NCBI GenBank assembly: GCA_963682135.1 | Contig: OY821645.1 | Span: 960,001-1,024,000, forward strand | DNA length: 64,000 bases | From: Methanothrix sp. | Lineage (GTDB): Archaea > Halobacteriota > Methanosarcinia > Methanotrichales > Methanotrichaceae | Direction of reading: 5' to 3' | Shown: positions 29,554 to 39,556 of the stretch, in pieces | How the letters are laid out: each line of letters starts with the position of its first letter | How positions within the stretch are numbered: position 1 is the first letter of the stretch | Position numbers and translations under genes: made by a program | Notes under the pieces: model-generated | What the model saw: the letters and a program-made list of their open reading frames with translations, nothing else | The model's database searches: none | What the model was told of the DNA's origin: nothing

Positions 29554-29974
29554 AACGCTTCACTCGTTTAACTTTTTTAAATTCAATTTGATACTTATTT
29601 TAAGCGTTTGCATTTATGATGACTTTCTTGCACAAAACTATCCCAGACGGCATGCGAGTAATTGCACCCCCCACCATCTTTCCCAGGAAGATATTTGCAC
29701 TTTCATCTCTACCGATTTGTTTTTCCAATTTTCTGGAATTGGACATCAGAAACGATTGGATTCGTCCCTGCTGCCTAATCAGCTGGGATGCCGCGCGCGG
29801 TGAAACGCGCGAGAGTCAGCGGGGCGCCCTCAGCGCCGGGCAGGCTTGGAAAATTGGATGGGAATGGTTATGAAAATCAGTCTTCTGTTTGGTAATGCCT
29901 CTAATACCAACTCTGCACCAAAATTTTATATCGGATTATTATGATAATTAGACCTAATCAAAGAGGACCCTGCC

Positions 29975-30379
29975 ATGCCCGACGCCCCCCTGCCAGCCGC
30001 TCCCAAGAAGAGCATCACTATCATCAAAGCCGGACACCACTGGTTATTCAAGCATTTCTTCGAAGACCAAAGCATATTCAAAGAACTGGCAGATTACTAT
30101 GATAAAGATGGCTATCGCTTCGTCCTCAGGACACCGGGCGAGAGGAACCTGGTGCAAAAGCTGCTGGAGAGAAGAGGATTCGAGGTGATACTGACGGAAC
30201 GCTCCCGAGGCTATGTTGTGAAGATCAGCCGTCAGAGCCGATATGCTTCCCTGCTCAAGAACTCCCTGACGATGATTGAGACAGATGAGTGGCGTGTCTT
30301 TCTCATGAAGGACCAGGCTTCTGTCCGGGAGGCCCTGCATCAGGGGGCAAAGATGGTAGAGGTAGATGTGCTATTTTAA
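29975..30379 (+). CDS. Hypothetical protein
   Basis: 134-aa ORF with SD GAGG and upstream TTTTATA; no recognised motif. Confidence 0.7.
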   Translation: MPDAPLPAAPKKSITIIKAGHHWLFKHFFEDQSIFKELADYYDKDGYRFVLRTPGERNLVQKLLERRGFEVILTERSRGYVVKISRQSRYASLLKNSLTMIETDEWRVFLMKDQASVREALHQGAKMVEVDVLF

Positions 30380-30422
30380 GCTAGATTATTATAATATTTA
30401 AACAAAATAAACTACTGTTACA

Positions 30423-31649
30423 TCAACCCCGTTGGGGCGGCACAACCTGGCGGATGCACAGGCTCGCTATCAGGCAGAAGACGCCCAGATAGAGGAAGAC
30501 CAGCAAGAAGTTGTCACCCGTAACATCCAGCAGGTAGCCGGAGAGCGTGGGCCCCAGCGGCCCGGCCACAAAGCCGTAGGCGGCAAAGGTCAGGCCGAAG
30601 ATGGCACCGAAATGCTCCAGGCCGAAACAGTCCGCCACCAGTGGTGCAGAGACTGAGAAGAGAGTACCGAAGGAAAAGCCCACCACCGCAGCCAGCAGAG
30701 TGCAGGCCCCCAGAGCGTTGGCCCAGGGAAGGAGGAAGTAGGCGAAAGCGGCAGCCAGGAAGGCCAGGCTCATGACCTGATTTCGGCCAAACCGATCTGA
30801 GAGAATGCCGCTGATGAGGCGGCTTATTCCGTTGGTCAGATTGAAGGCGGTGAGGATGAGAATGGCCGAGGGCAGGGAAAATCCCAGGAAAAGTCCGTAT
30901 TCTGTGGCGAGTAGAGTCAGGGAGACACCTGCTGCTCCGGCAAAGGTCCAGGTGATCCAGAGCAGCCAGAAGCTTCTGGTGTGCAGGCTCTCCATTACAG
31001 AAAATGATTTTGCAGCTATGACCTGCGGCGCTGGTTTTGCAGCAACGCTCCCGGCACGCCGGGCAGAGGCGGCATTCTCCCAGGCCTCTGGAGCGCGGGC
31101 AAAATAGGCACCCAGAAGGCCGATGGAAAGGGCGAGAACGGCCAAATACAGATTCATGAATTGATAGCCGAATGCGAAGAGCATTTTAGCGAAGAGCGGG
31201 GACATGATGGCTGCCGAGATGCCAAAGACCATGCTCACCAGACCTGCCGCCAGGCCCCTCCTTTTGGGGTAGCACCACTGCACCAGTGTCAGGGCCGGGA
31301 CGTAGACGAAGCTGGAGGCCATGCCGTTAAAAAAAGCCCAGACATAGACGGTGTGAATCGAACCCGCCTGGGAGACAACCAGCGAGGCGAAGGCGGTGAG
31401 GATGACGCCCAGGACTATCATGCGCCGCAGGCCCCAGCGCTCCTGCCAGCGGCCCACCAGGAACATGAAAGCGCCTACCGCAGCGAGCATAAAGAAGATG
31501 GTCAGGCCCGTGGCAGCCCGCCCCACATGAAACATCTCCTGCCAGATGGGGGCCATGACCCCAGGAAAGCCAAAGGTGAGAGCGCCCGGCCAGAAGATAG
31601 CAACGCAAGCGCCGAGTACGGCTAATAGGGCTTTCCGGTCTTTAGGCAA
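30423..31649 (-). CDS. MFS transporter, OFA (oxalate:formate antiporter)-like
   Basis: GRWQERWG, YPKRRGLAAG, NGISRLISGILSDRFGR, ADCFGLEHFGAIFG; 12-TM pattern; TTG start. Confidence 0.85.
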   Translation of the reverse strand: MPKDRKALLAVLGACVAIFWPGALTFGFPGVMAPIWQEMFHVGRAATGLTIFFMLAAVGAFMFLVGRWQERWGLRRMIVLGVILTAFASLVVSQAGSIHTVYVWAFFNGMASSFVYVPALTLVQWCYPKRRGLAAGLVSMVFGISAAIMSPLFAKMLFAFGYQFMNLYLAVLALSIGLLGAYFARAPEAWENAASARRAGSVAAKPAPQVIAAKSFSVMESLHTRSFWLLWITWTFAGAAGVSLTLLATEYGLFLGFSLPSAILILTAFNLTNGISRLISGILSDRFGRNQVMSLAFLAAAFAYFLLPWANALGACTLLAAVVGFSFGTLFSVSAPLVADCFGLEHFGAIFGLTFAAYGFVAGPLGPTLSGYLLDVTGDNFLLVFLYLGVFCLIASLCIRQVVPPQRG

Positions 31650-31752
31650 TCAGATCAATCTCCATGAGGCAAGCTAGCATGGGACATACATCTGGCTTTC
31701 GCTCCTGTGCTCTCGAAAATACTAAATACACATACATACACAGATAATACTC

Positions 31753-31980
31753 ATGTCCACGAGAACCATCAGCATAACCGATGAAGCATACCTTAAGCTG
31801 AAAAGCCTGAAAGCCTCGGAGAAGGAAAGCTTCTCAGATGTGATCCTGAAATACTACCCCTCCAGAAAAAAACTCTCTGTTGTCTTGGCTGAGATCGGTG
31901 TGAGCAAAGATCTGGCAGATTCAATCGAGAAGGCATCCAAAGAGATGCGCCAGGCCAAAATGCGAGGTGCTGACCTTTGA
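31753..31980 (+). CDS. vapB: VapB-family antitoxin
   Basis: [18 protein letters not shown]...ESFSDVI; overlaps the PIN gene. Confidence 0.9.
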   Translation: MSTRTISITDEAYLKLKSLKASEKESFSDVILKYYPSRKKLSVVLAEIGVSKDLADSIEKASKEMRQAKMRGADL

Positions 31981-32369
31981 TCGTCCTGGACACTGCCTTC
32001 ATTGTGGACTTATTGCGCGGCAGGGAAAGAGCGCTGCAGATGCTCTACCGTCTTGAGGAGGGCGGCGAATCGGTCTGCACTACGTCAATAAATGTCCTGG
32101 AGCTTTACAGAGGCGTTTTCCTTTCAGAAAGGGTGGACGAGAACTTGAGAGCCCTAATCGCATTACTTGATCAGCTTTTGGTGCTGGACTTGAATGAAGA
32201 CGCCTATGAGATCTTCGCAGCCCTCTCCGTCTGGCTTAGATCTTCTGGAAAACCGGTGGGTGATCTTGATGAGGCTATAGCCGCTATTGCCCTGGCTTAT
32301 GGCGGCGGCATTGTAAGCCAAGACCAGCATTTTTTGCGAGTTCCTGGACTGAAGGTAATGGAGTATTGA
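31977..32369 (+). CDS. vapC: VapC PIN-domain toxin
   Basis: [27 protein letters not shown]. Confidence 0.92.
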   Translation: MIVLDTAFIVDLLRGRERALQMLYRLEEGGESVCTTSINVLELYRGVFLSERVDENLRALIALLDQLLVLDLNEDAYEIFAALSVWLRSSGKPVGDLDEAIAAIALAYGGGIVSQDQHFLRVPGLKVMEY

Positions 32370-32688
32370 GGATTGGATTGTCCTAGGGCAGAGGATGGAA
32401 CAGGTCATCCCCCAGATTGATGGCCAGCCATTCCATTGACGTGTCTTTGGAGCCAGCTGCCGTTGTCCAATAGACTTCTTCCGATATCCCGGAGCGAGTT
32501 GATCCGGCGGCTGGATGGACTGGGATTTTAGTGATTCAGGAAGCATGAGACCAGATTTCTGGATCTGCATCGACATTTGGCTAAACCAAAATCGTCAAAT
32601 AGTAATATCCGCATTTGAATTTGGGTTTCAGAGGCTGTATGCCATATACCTGTAAGCGCTTACAACTCGGACCCAGGACCGAATAAAG

Positions 32689-33249
32689 ATGATATGCCAC
32701 AAGTTCCTGCTATGCATAACAGTCATTGCCTTTTTGCTGGCGCAAACAGACGCAAAGCCGATTGACCCGCTCGATCCCAGCAAACTGGGTGAATCCATGT
32801 CCATACCATCGTCCCGAGAAACCAATAACGTGAATGTAACAGGTATCTGGTCCTTTGATCTCATGGGCAAAACCACTGAGAAGATGAGACTGTATCTGAT
32901 CCAGAACGAAGATGCGATCGCTGGTCATGGAGCTGTAATTAGTGGAAATAAAACAGAGAAAGCCACAGCCAGCGGCTCAATATCCGGAGAGCTGATTAGC
33001 TTGAACGTAAAGCCGGAGGGTGTTTCGAACCTGTACAGGCTCAATCTGTCATTATCCTCACTGGCGGCAGGAACCTTTACAGCCTGCATGGCCGATGGCA
33101 GCAGCCGGTCAGGCAAAGTCACATTCGCGGTTTCCGCGAATATTTTCAAGTCTGCAACCGATGCAGAAGATGAAACAGTTGCAGATGCGGACATGGCTGC
33201 AGCGACGCCCGCCTGGCTTTCGGAAACCGGGGCCGAGCAAGAGCTTTAG
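32689..33249 (+). CDS. Secreted hypothetical protein
   Basis: Signal peptide; NVTGIWSF and a beta-rich Gly/Ser pattern. Confidence 0.7.
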   Translation: MICHKFLLCITVIAFLLAQTDAKPIDPLDPSKLGESMSIPSSRETNNVNVTGIWSFDLMGKTTEKMRLYLIQNEDAIAGHGAVISGNKTEKATASGSISGELISLNVKPEGVSNLYRLNLSLSSLAAGTFTACMADGSSRSGKVTFAVSANIFKSATDAEDETVADADMAAATPAWLSETGAEQEL

Positions 33250-33281
33250 ATCTGCCACATCTGCCAAGATGCGGATCTATT

Positions 33282-33620
33282 TTATCCACTTGGCCACCTT
33301 TGCGACTCCAACTCCCACAGCGCCATCTCCGTTAGCGCCCTTCTTTCGGCCAGCCGCTCTTCTCCCGCAGCTATCCGCTCCAGCCTCTCTCGGACCATCC
33401 GCTCCGTCTCCGCAGGCGCAGGCCCGCCCGTGTTGGCTCGCAGGGCGACATTGATTCGTGGGTCCAGCGCCCGTGTCAGGTCCGCTTCGCAAAAGCCGCG
33501 CTCGCTGGCTCTGAAGCCTGCCAACTCCAGTGCAATCTCATCCAGCTCGGCCAGGCCCGGCCTTTTGCCCGAGGCGGCAATGCGACCCACGATGCTGTGC
33601 GCTGTACGAAAATATATGCC
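33282..33620 (-). pseudogene. Orphan duplicate of the argH 3' end
   Basis: Encodes GRIAASGKRP-LAELD...ALRANTGGPA...IAAGEERLA, colinear with 34206-34530 but diverged; no 5' part. Confidence 0.88.
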
Positions 33621-33633
33621 GATAAGCCTATAA

Positions 33634-33649
33634 ATTAGTATTAACTAAT
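33634..33649. promoter_or_regulatory. Palindromic operator candidate upstream of the RHH gene
   Basis: ATTAGT-ATTA-ACTAAT directly after TATAAA, 10 nt before the start codon. Confidence 0.4.
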
Positions 33650-33658
33650 GAGAAGGAT

Positions 33659-34003
33659 ATGGGTGCGGATGTTGGCATCGTTGGCAGCATAGGCAAAGTG
33701 GTTGGCGCCAAACTTACACCAAATGAGATCGGCCAAATCAATAAACTTGTTGAAGCTGGTTTCTACCTTAATCCCTCCGACTTCATTCGTGAAGCTGTCC
33801 GGGAAAAGCTATCGGCAATTAAGGTCATTGAATATCGCGATATAGACTATGAAACTGCAAAAAAAGAAGTTGCAGGCTATTTCAAAATGAAGGGAGAAGC
33901 TTACGCCTCCGATGCCAGCCAGGATCTAGAGCTTGATTATGAGCTAGTATGCAAGATAATGGATGATCTGGAGAAAGAAGGCCAAATGGAGGCTGCATTG
34001 TGA
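33659..34003 (+). CDS. Ribbon-helix-helix (CopG/Arc) regulator or antitoxin with C-terminal wHTH
   Basis: INKLVEAGFYLNPSDFIREAVREKL; AYASDASQDLELDYELV. Confidence 0.8.
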   Translation: MGADVGIVGSIGKVVGAKLTPNEIGQINKLVEAGFYLNPSDFIREAVREKLSAIKVIEYRDIDYETAKKEVAGYFKMKGEAYASDASQDLELDYELVCKIMDDLEKEGQMEAAL

Positions 34004-34205
34004 AGGGGCTTGAGGTCGGCGACTCCCTACATGGTCACAGGATCATAGCCGAGGCCAGAAAAGTCAGCGATCCTGTAGTAATTGTCAAGAGCGGCAGGCA
34101 CAAAGCACAGAGGATAGTGCTGACGGAAAACGCCCTGGCGATAATTGATAGAAAGGGCCGTTGGTGCGGCCAACCTTAGCAAAAAAAGGTTTTGATTCTC
34201 TTTAG

Positions 34206-35645
34206 CTATCTCTCCGCCCCCAGCTCTTCCAGCGCCTTCTCCACCCGGCCTCGCCTCCCGGCCAGCCGCTCTTCTCCCGCAGCTATCCGCACCAGCCTGT
34301 CCCTGATCATCCGCCCCGTCTCCACTGTTGCAGGCCCGCCTGTGTTGGCCCGCAGGGCGACATTGCTTCTTGGGTCCAGTGCCCGTGTCAGGTCCGCTTT
34401 GCAAAAGCCCCGCTCGCTGGCCCTGAAGCCTGCCAAATCCAGAGAGATCCCGTCCAGCTCGGCGAGATCCGGCCTTTTGCCCGAGGCGGCAATGCGGCCC
34501 ACAATGCGGTGGGCTGTGCGAAAGGGCATGCCGGTGATGCGCACCAGTGAGTCGGCGATCTCCGTGGCTGTGGAAAATCCCACCCCTGAACTCGTCTCCA
34601 ATCGCCCCAGATTGAACTTGAGAGAGGAGACACAGCCATCCAGGATGCGCACCGTGCTTCTCGCCCAATCCAGGGCCCTCCAGAGATGGGGCGTGACCTC
34701 CTGCAGGTCGCGGTTATAGCTCATGGGCAGGCCCTTGCAGATGGAAAGCGCAGCCATGAGGCTTCCCAGAACCGACCCTGTCTTGCCCCTGGCAAGCTCA
34801 GCCGTATCCGGATTCTTCTTCTGGGGCATGATGGAGCTGGTAGAGGCGTAGAGGTTGTCCAATTCCAGGTAGCCGAACTCTGAAGTGGACCAGAGCACCA
34901 GCTCCTCAGCCAGGCGGCTGGCGTTGACCATCAAGATGGATAAGCTCGCTAGCACCTCCAGGATGAAATCGCGGCTGGACACGGCGTCCATGCTGTTTTC
35001 CACCAGGCCGTCAAAGCCTAAAAGCCGGCAGGTCATCTGCCGGTCGATCTTAAAGCCGGTGGAGGCGAAGGCTGCGGCGCCCAGTGGGCTCTGATTTACC
35101 CGGCGGTAGGCATCCTCCAAACGGGAGAGGTCCCGCCCAAGAGCATCGGCGTGGGCCAGGAGATGATGGGCGAGCGTAGTGGGCTGAGCATGCTGGGTAT
35201 GAGTAAATCCGGGAATGATCGTCTCAGTATGCTTTTCTGCAAGTCTGACCAGCGTGCAGATTAATGATATCTGCTCGTCCATCAGGTCCAGCATCTCATT
35301 GCGCAGCGCCAGGCGAATGCAGGTGGCCACCTCATCATTCCTGGAGCGTCCTGTATGCATCCTGCCACCCTCGGGGCCTACATGCGCCAGGACATAAGCC
35401 TCAATGGCCTCATGCACATCCTCGCCTGCACCGAGCGACTGCGAGCCCCCTTCCATGAGATCGTCTAGAGCTGCCATAATCCGGGTGGATACCTCCCCTG
35501 AGATCAGGCCATTCTCCCTGAGCATTACCAGGTGGGCTTTGTCCACCAGCAGATCGGCCTCGAAGATGCGCTCGTCTGCCTCTCGGCTGGAAAGGTAGTC
35601 CAAGACATCCTGCCGGCTTTCTCCCAGACGTTGATCGCGAAACAT
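34206..35645 (-). CDS. argH: Argininosuccinate lyase
   Basis: HTGRSRNDEV, GFTHTQHAQP, TSSIMPQKKNPD, YNRDLQE. Confidence 0.97.
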   Translation of the reverse strand: MFRDQRLGESRQDVLDYLSSREADERIFEADLLVDKAHLVMLRENGLISGEVSTRIMAALDDLMEGGSQSLGAGEDVHEAIEAYVLAHVGPEGGRMHTGRSRNDEVATCIRLALRNEMLDLMDEQISLICTLVRLAEKHTETIIPGFTHTQHAQPTTLAHHLLAHADALGRDLSRLEDAYRRVNQSPLGAAAFASTGFKIDRQMTCRLLGFDGLVENSMDAVSSRDFILEVLASLSILMVNASRLAEELVLWSTSEFGYLELDNLYASTSSIMPQKKNPDTAELARGKTGSVLGSLMAALSICKGLPMSYNRDLQEVTPHLWRALDWARSTVRILDGCVSSLKFNLGRLETSSGVGFSTATEIADSLVRITGMPFRTAHRIVGRIAASGKRPDLAELDGISLDLAGFRASERGFCKADLTRALDPRSNVALRANTGGPATVETGRMIRDRLVRIAAGEERLAGRRGRVEKALEELGAER

Positions 35646-35655
35646 AATAGCTCAA

Positions 35656-36837
35656 TCAGGTTGTATAGTTGGCGTTTACATTCACATACTCATGGGTCAA
35701 GTCGCAACCAAAGCCGCGCGCACCGGCACTGCCAAGATCCAGGTCAATATTTATAGTAATAGTATCCCCTAGCATGATCTCTTTGGCCTGATCCAAGACG
35801 CCATCCACAATGCGGCCCTTTTCTACCAGCGAGACTCTGACGTCTGTCCCGTCGGGCCTTTTTCCTTCCAGGCCCAGTGTGATCTTTGCCGGGTCCATCT
35901 CTGCCCCAGAATATCCCACTGCACAGATGATGCGTCCCCAGTTAGGATCAGCGCCATAAACAGCCGTCTTGACCAGGCTGCTTCTGGCCACTGCTTTGGC
36001 AGCCAGCCGAGCATCTTCAATGCTGCGCGCGCCGCTAACAACGGTCTCAAAGTACTTGCTAGCTCCCTCTCCGTCCCGCGCCATCATGCGGGCCAGCTCC
36101 ATGCAGACGTACCTCAAGGCCAAACGAAAATCTGCCTCCCGGCACGAGACTTTTCCAGTAGACGTGAGGAGCACAGTATCATTGGTACTGGTATCCCCAT
36201 CCACGGTGAGCATATTGAAACTATCTTGCACGGCATCAGCCAGACAGTTGTGCAGGATTTCTGCAGGGAAATCAGCGTCCGTGTAAAGGAAGCAGAGCAT
36301 GGTAGCCACATTGGGCTCGATCATTCCTGCGCCCTTGACGATGCCGGCAACGTGCAGCCCCTCATGCTCCACTGCAATCTCTTTAACACGAGTGTCAGTG
36401 GTCATGATGGCCTGCTCTGCTTCCGTGCTCGCTTTCCCGTCGCTGCGCAGCCTCACTTTGGCCTGCTCGAAGAGCTCTGTGATGAGCGGCAGATCCATGT
36501 AACGGCCAATGACGCCTGTGGAAGCCACGCCGATCTTCCTTTCATCAGTCGCCAGAAAACCGGACAATAGCCGGGCCATGGCCCTGGCATCCTCCAGCCC
36601 CCGCGGACCGGTGTAAGCATTGGCGCAGCCGCTGTTAGCGATGATGCCGTCCAGATGGCCCCCGGCTGCGAGGTGTTCAGCTGTGACATCCAGCGGAGCT
36701 GCTCTCACCTTGTTAGTGGTGAACATGCCGGCCGCCGCTCCGGAAGCGGCGATCAGTGCCAGTCCGTATTTTCCCTGACGAACTCCGCAAGCTCGCACGC
36801 CGGGAACGGCGCAGATGCCGCCTTCAATTCTCTGCAT
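35656..36837 (-). CDS. argJ: Ornithine acetyltransferase
   Basis: NSGCANA, STGVIG, IMTTDT, KGAGMIEPN-ATML, DGDTSTND, DPNWGR, NANYTT. Confidence 0.97.
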   Translation of the reverse strand: MQRIEGGICAVPGVRACGVRQGKYGLALIAASGAAAGMFTTNKVRAAPLDVTAEHLAAGGHLDGIIANSGCANAYTGPRGLEDARAMARLLSGFLATDERKIGVASTGVIGRYMDLPLITELFEQAKVRLRSDGKASTEAEQAIMTTDTRVKEIAVEHEGLHVAGIVKGAGMIEPNVATMLCFLYTDADFPAEILHNCLADAVQDSFNMLTVDGDTSTNDTVLLTSTGKVSCREADFRLALRYVCMELARMMARDGEGASKYFETVVSGARSIEDARLAAKAVARSSLVKTAVYGADPNWGRIICAVGYSGAEMDPAKITLGLEGKRPDGTDVRVSLVEKGRIVDGVLDQAKEIMLGDTITINIDLDLGSAGARGFGCDLTHEYVNVNANYTT

Positions 36838-37312
36838 GTTGCATCCCCAGGCCCGATATTATGTCACCCCGGGTCACTATGCCCACCAACCGTCCGTTCT
36901 CCACCACAGGCAGTCGGTTGATGCGATGGCGGGTCATAATGCTTGCCGCCTCCTCCACAGAGTCATCCGGTCCCACATCATGCAAATTCAGGCTCATGAT
37001 ATTGCCCACTTTCTTCTTGGGAATCTCCTCCAGATTGGCATGCATTCGTTCCCACTTTACCAGATCTCTGAATGGAATCTCGAAGACTTCGAATGGACTG
37101 GGAAGCCAGAGACTGCCTTCATCTTCATCCACAGATAAAAGGCGCAATAGGTCCGATTCCGATACCACGCCGACCAGCTTCTCTCCGTCCAGAACCGGCA
37201 TGCCGCTGATCTTATTCTCTCGCAAAAGTCGGGCCGCTTCGCTCACAGGAGCTTCCGCCTGGACGGTGACTGGCTTGACGTTCATAACATCTCTGACTTT
37301 CATTTTTTTCAC
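36824..37312 (-). CDS. CBS domain pair protein
   Basis: Two CBS motifs (ISGMPV...GVVSESDL; INRLPV...GIVTRGDI). Confidence 0.9.
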   Translation of the reverse strand: MKKMKVRDVMNVKPVTVQAEAPVSEAARLLRENKISGMPVLDGEKLVGVVSESDLLRLLSVDEDEGSLWLPSPFEVFEIPFRDLVKWERMHANLEEIPKKKVGNIMSLNLHDVGPDDSVEEAASIMTRHRINRLPVVENGRLVGIVTRGDIISGLGMQHAEN

Positions 37313-37331
37313 CTAGATTTTGCCTATTCGT

Positions 37332-38357
37332 TCAGGGTGCCATGCCTGGGAACCACAGTCCCGTCTTCTCATCGAGGCCAGCCATGAGGTTCATGTTCTG
37401 AATGGCCTGGCCGGATGCTCCCTTCACCAGGTTATCTATGGCAGATATGACCACCAATCGATCGCTATCCTTCTCCGGTTCAAAGCTTATGTCGCAGAAG
37501 TTGGAGCCGCGCACCGAAGACAGCTTGGGAACTGCGTCTGCCATGCGAACGAAGGAAGCGTTCTTGTAAAACTCGCGATAGATCGAAGCTACCTGGTTCT
37601 TATCCTGCAGCGTCTCCTCGGCACCCTTTCGGGCGAAGACATGAGCCGTGGTGAGGATGCCCCGCACAGAGGGGATGACGTGGGGAGTAAAGTTCACCTT
37701 TATGCCCGGAGAGAGACGGGATAGCTCCTGTTTGATCTCCGGGACGTGTCGGTGAGTTGTGAGCTTATAGGGGATAATATTTTGTGACATGTTGGGATAG
37801 TGGGAGGTCTCGGTGGGCTCCATTCCGGCGCCGGATATGCCAGATTTGGAGTCGTAGACCACTCGCTCCACCAGACCGGCCTTGGCCAGCGGGGCTACGG
37901 CCAGAGTGGCACCGGTGGGATAGCAGCCTGGATTGCCCACCAGCTTGGCTCGGGCTACCTCGGGATGAAGCTCCGTCAGTCCGAAGACTGCATCGCGGGG
38001 AGCACGATGCTTTGTGGCATAGGTCTTCTCGAAGACGTCTGTAGGCAGACGGTAGTCGGAAGACAGATCGATGACCCTTGTACCGGCATCAAGAAGCTGC
38101 GGCACCCAGTCCATGGCGGTGCCATGGGGAACGGCGGTAAAGACAATGTCGCAGCGCTCTGCAACCTCTTTGCCATTAAGCGCCTCAAAATTGAGAGAAT
38201 AGATGCTCTTTAAGTGAGGATGAACCGTTGTAACGCTCTTTCCTGCCAGCTTTCGAGAGGTAACTGCAACTACCTTAACCTCGGGATGATTTGCGAGGAG
38301 ACGCATGAGCTCCCCACCGGTGTAGCCCGAACCACCGACAATTCCTACATCTATCAT
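37332..38357 (-). CDS. argC: N-acetyl-gamma-glutamyl-phosphate reductase
   Basis: GGSGYTG, NPGCYPT, SGISGAG, HRHVPEI, DNLVKGASGQA; start at MIDVG. Confidence 0.96.
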   Translation of the reverse strand: MIDVGIVGGSGYTGGELMRLLANHPEVKVVAVTSRKLAGKSVTTVHPHLKSIYSLNFEALNGKEVAERCDIVFTAVPHGTAMDWVPQLLDAGTRVIDLSSDYRLPTDVFEKTYATKHRAPRDAVFGLTELHPEVARAKLVGNPGCYPTGATLAVAPLAKAGLVERVVYDSKSGISGAGMEPTETSHYPNMSQNIIPYKLTTHRHVPEIKQELSRLSPGIKVNFTPHVIPSVRGILTTAHVFARKGAEETLQDKNQVASIYREFYKNASFVRMADAVPKLSSVRGSNFCDISFEPEKDSDRLVVISAIDNLVKGASGQAIQNMNLMAGLDEKTGLWFPGMAP

Positions 38358-38397
38358 AAAATCTCTCACGAAGCTAATGATATAAATTCGCCACGCC

Positions 38398-39345
38398 CTA
38401 GCGGCAGAAGGTGGCAGAGAGCCGGCTGAGCCCTCGGGCCGCATCTTCAATTCTCTCCTTTCCCTCAAGAGCTGTCAGCCAGCTCTCCGGTATCCAGGAT
38501 GGTCCCAGGAAAGCTCCGAAAAGAGAGCCGGCAATGGATGCAATGGAATCGGTGTCGCCACCGCTGCTGGCTGCCATAATGAGCGCCTCTTTCGGTTCAA
38601 ACTTGAGGAAGCAGTAGAAGGCAGCAGGCACGCTCTCCATTGCCAGGGGCGAGTTTCTGATCAGGCCCAGTGCGTCCTCAGGCCGCAGGTCCATAAGCGA
38701 TCCAATCCAGAGAAGCCGTTCGGCAAATTCAGCATCCAGGCGGCTGGCCTGGGAAGCAGCATTCCTGAATACGATTTCCTTGGAAAAGCCGGCTGTAGAG
38801 AGGGCGACGCCCACCGCTACGGCTACCGCCCCAGCCCGAGAGGTGGCTAAGGTGTGGGTGGGCAGGCTCTGCAGATCGGCATAGCTCTTCACGATATTCA
38901 GATCGGTATGATAGAGAAGGCCGATGGGCGCAGCGCGCATGGCAGCGCCGCAGGTGGGAATGGCCAGGCCCGACTGCTGCCAGGCGGTTCCTGCGATCAT
39001 GCTCTCCACGGCAGAGCGGGTGGCAAATCCCACTCCCCGGTTGAGCCGTTCGTCCAGCGTCCAGGTCGCGCCCCAGGCAGCAAGCTTCTCGGCAAATCTG
39101 TCCGGCGAAAACCCGGAGGCTTCGATGATCGACTCAGCCAGGAGCAGCGTCTCTTCCGTGTCATCGGTGAACTGGCCGGCGAGAAGGCCGCTGTGAAAGT
39201 GGCCCTGCGGGGCCGCAAGCATCTCACTGATCGATCCGAATTTCTCTTTGATCTCCCGGGCAGTGTAGCCCTCGGTGGGCATTCCCAGGGCATCGCCCAC
39301 GGCCACGCCTAATAGACAGCCGCGGAAGCGGTCCAATAAATCCAT
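38398..39345 (-). CDS. ADP-ribosylglycohydrolase family protein
   Basis: GDALG, FTDDTE, GAAMRAAP, GGDTDS. Confidence 0.92.
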   Translation of the reverse strand: MDLLDRFRGCLLGVAVGDALGMPTEGYTAREIKEKFGSISEMLAAPQGHFHSGLLAGQFTDDTEETLLLAESIIEASGFSPDRFAEKLAAWGATWTLDERLNRGVGFATRSAVESMIAGTAWQQSGLAIPTCGAAMRAAPIGLLYHTDLNIVKSYADLQSLPTHTLATSRAGAVAVAVGVALSTAGFSKEIVFRNAASQASRLDAEFAERLLWIGSLMDLRPEDALGLIRNSPLAMESVPAAFYCFLKFEPKEALIMAASSGGDTDSIASIAGSLFGAFLGPSWIPESWLTALEGKERIEDAARGLSRLSATFCR

Positions 39346-39556
39346 GTGCTGATGAGCGGCGGCCTCGGACTAATAACCATCGGAAGATACTTGCGGTATC
39401 GCTTTGTGGTTCAAATCCCGTAGTCCCCAGGGATGAATTATCATACAACGAACATAAACCACAAAGATCACAAAGCTCACAAAGGACGCACAAAGTGCTT
39501 CACTTCAGTTCATTTGACCAAAGGATTATTGCAGCTCACTTCCAACCGAGTCTCTC

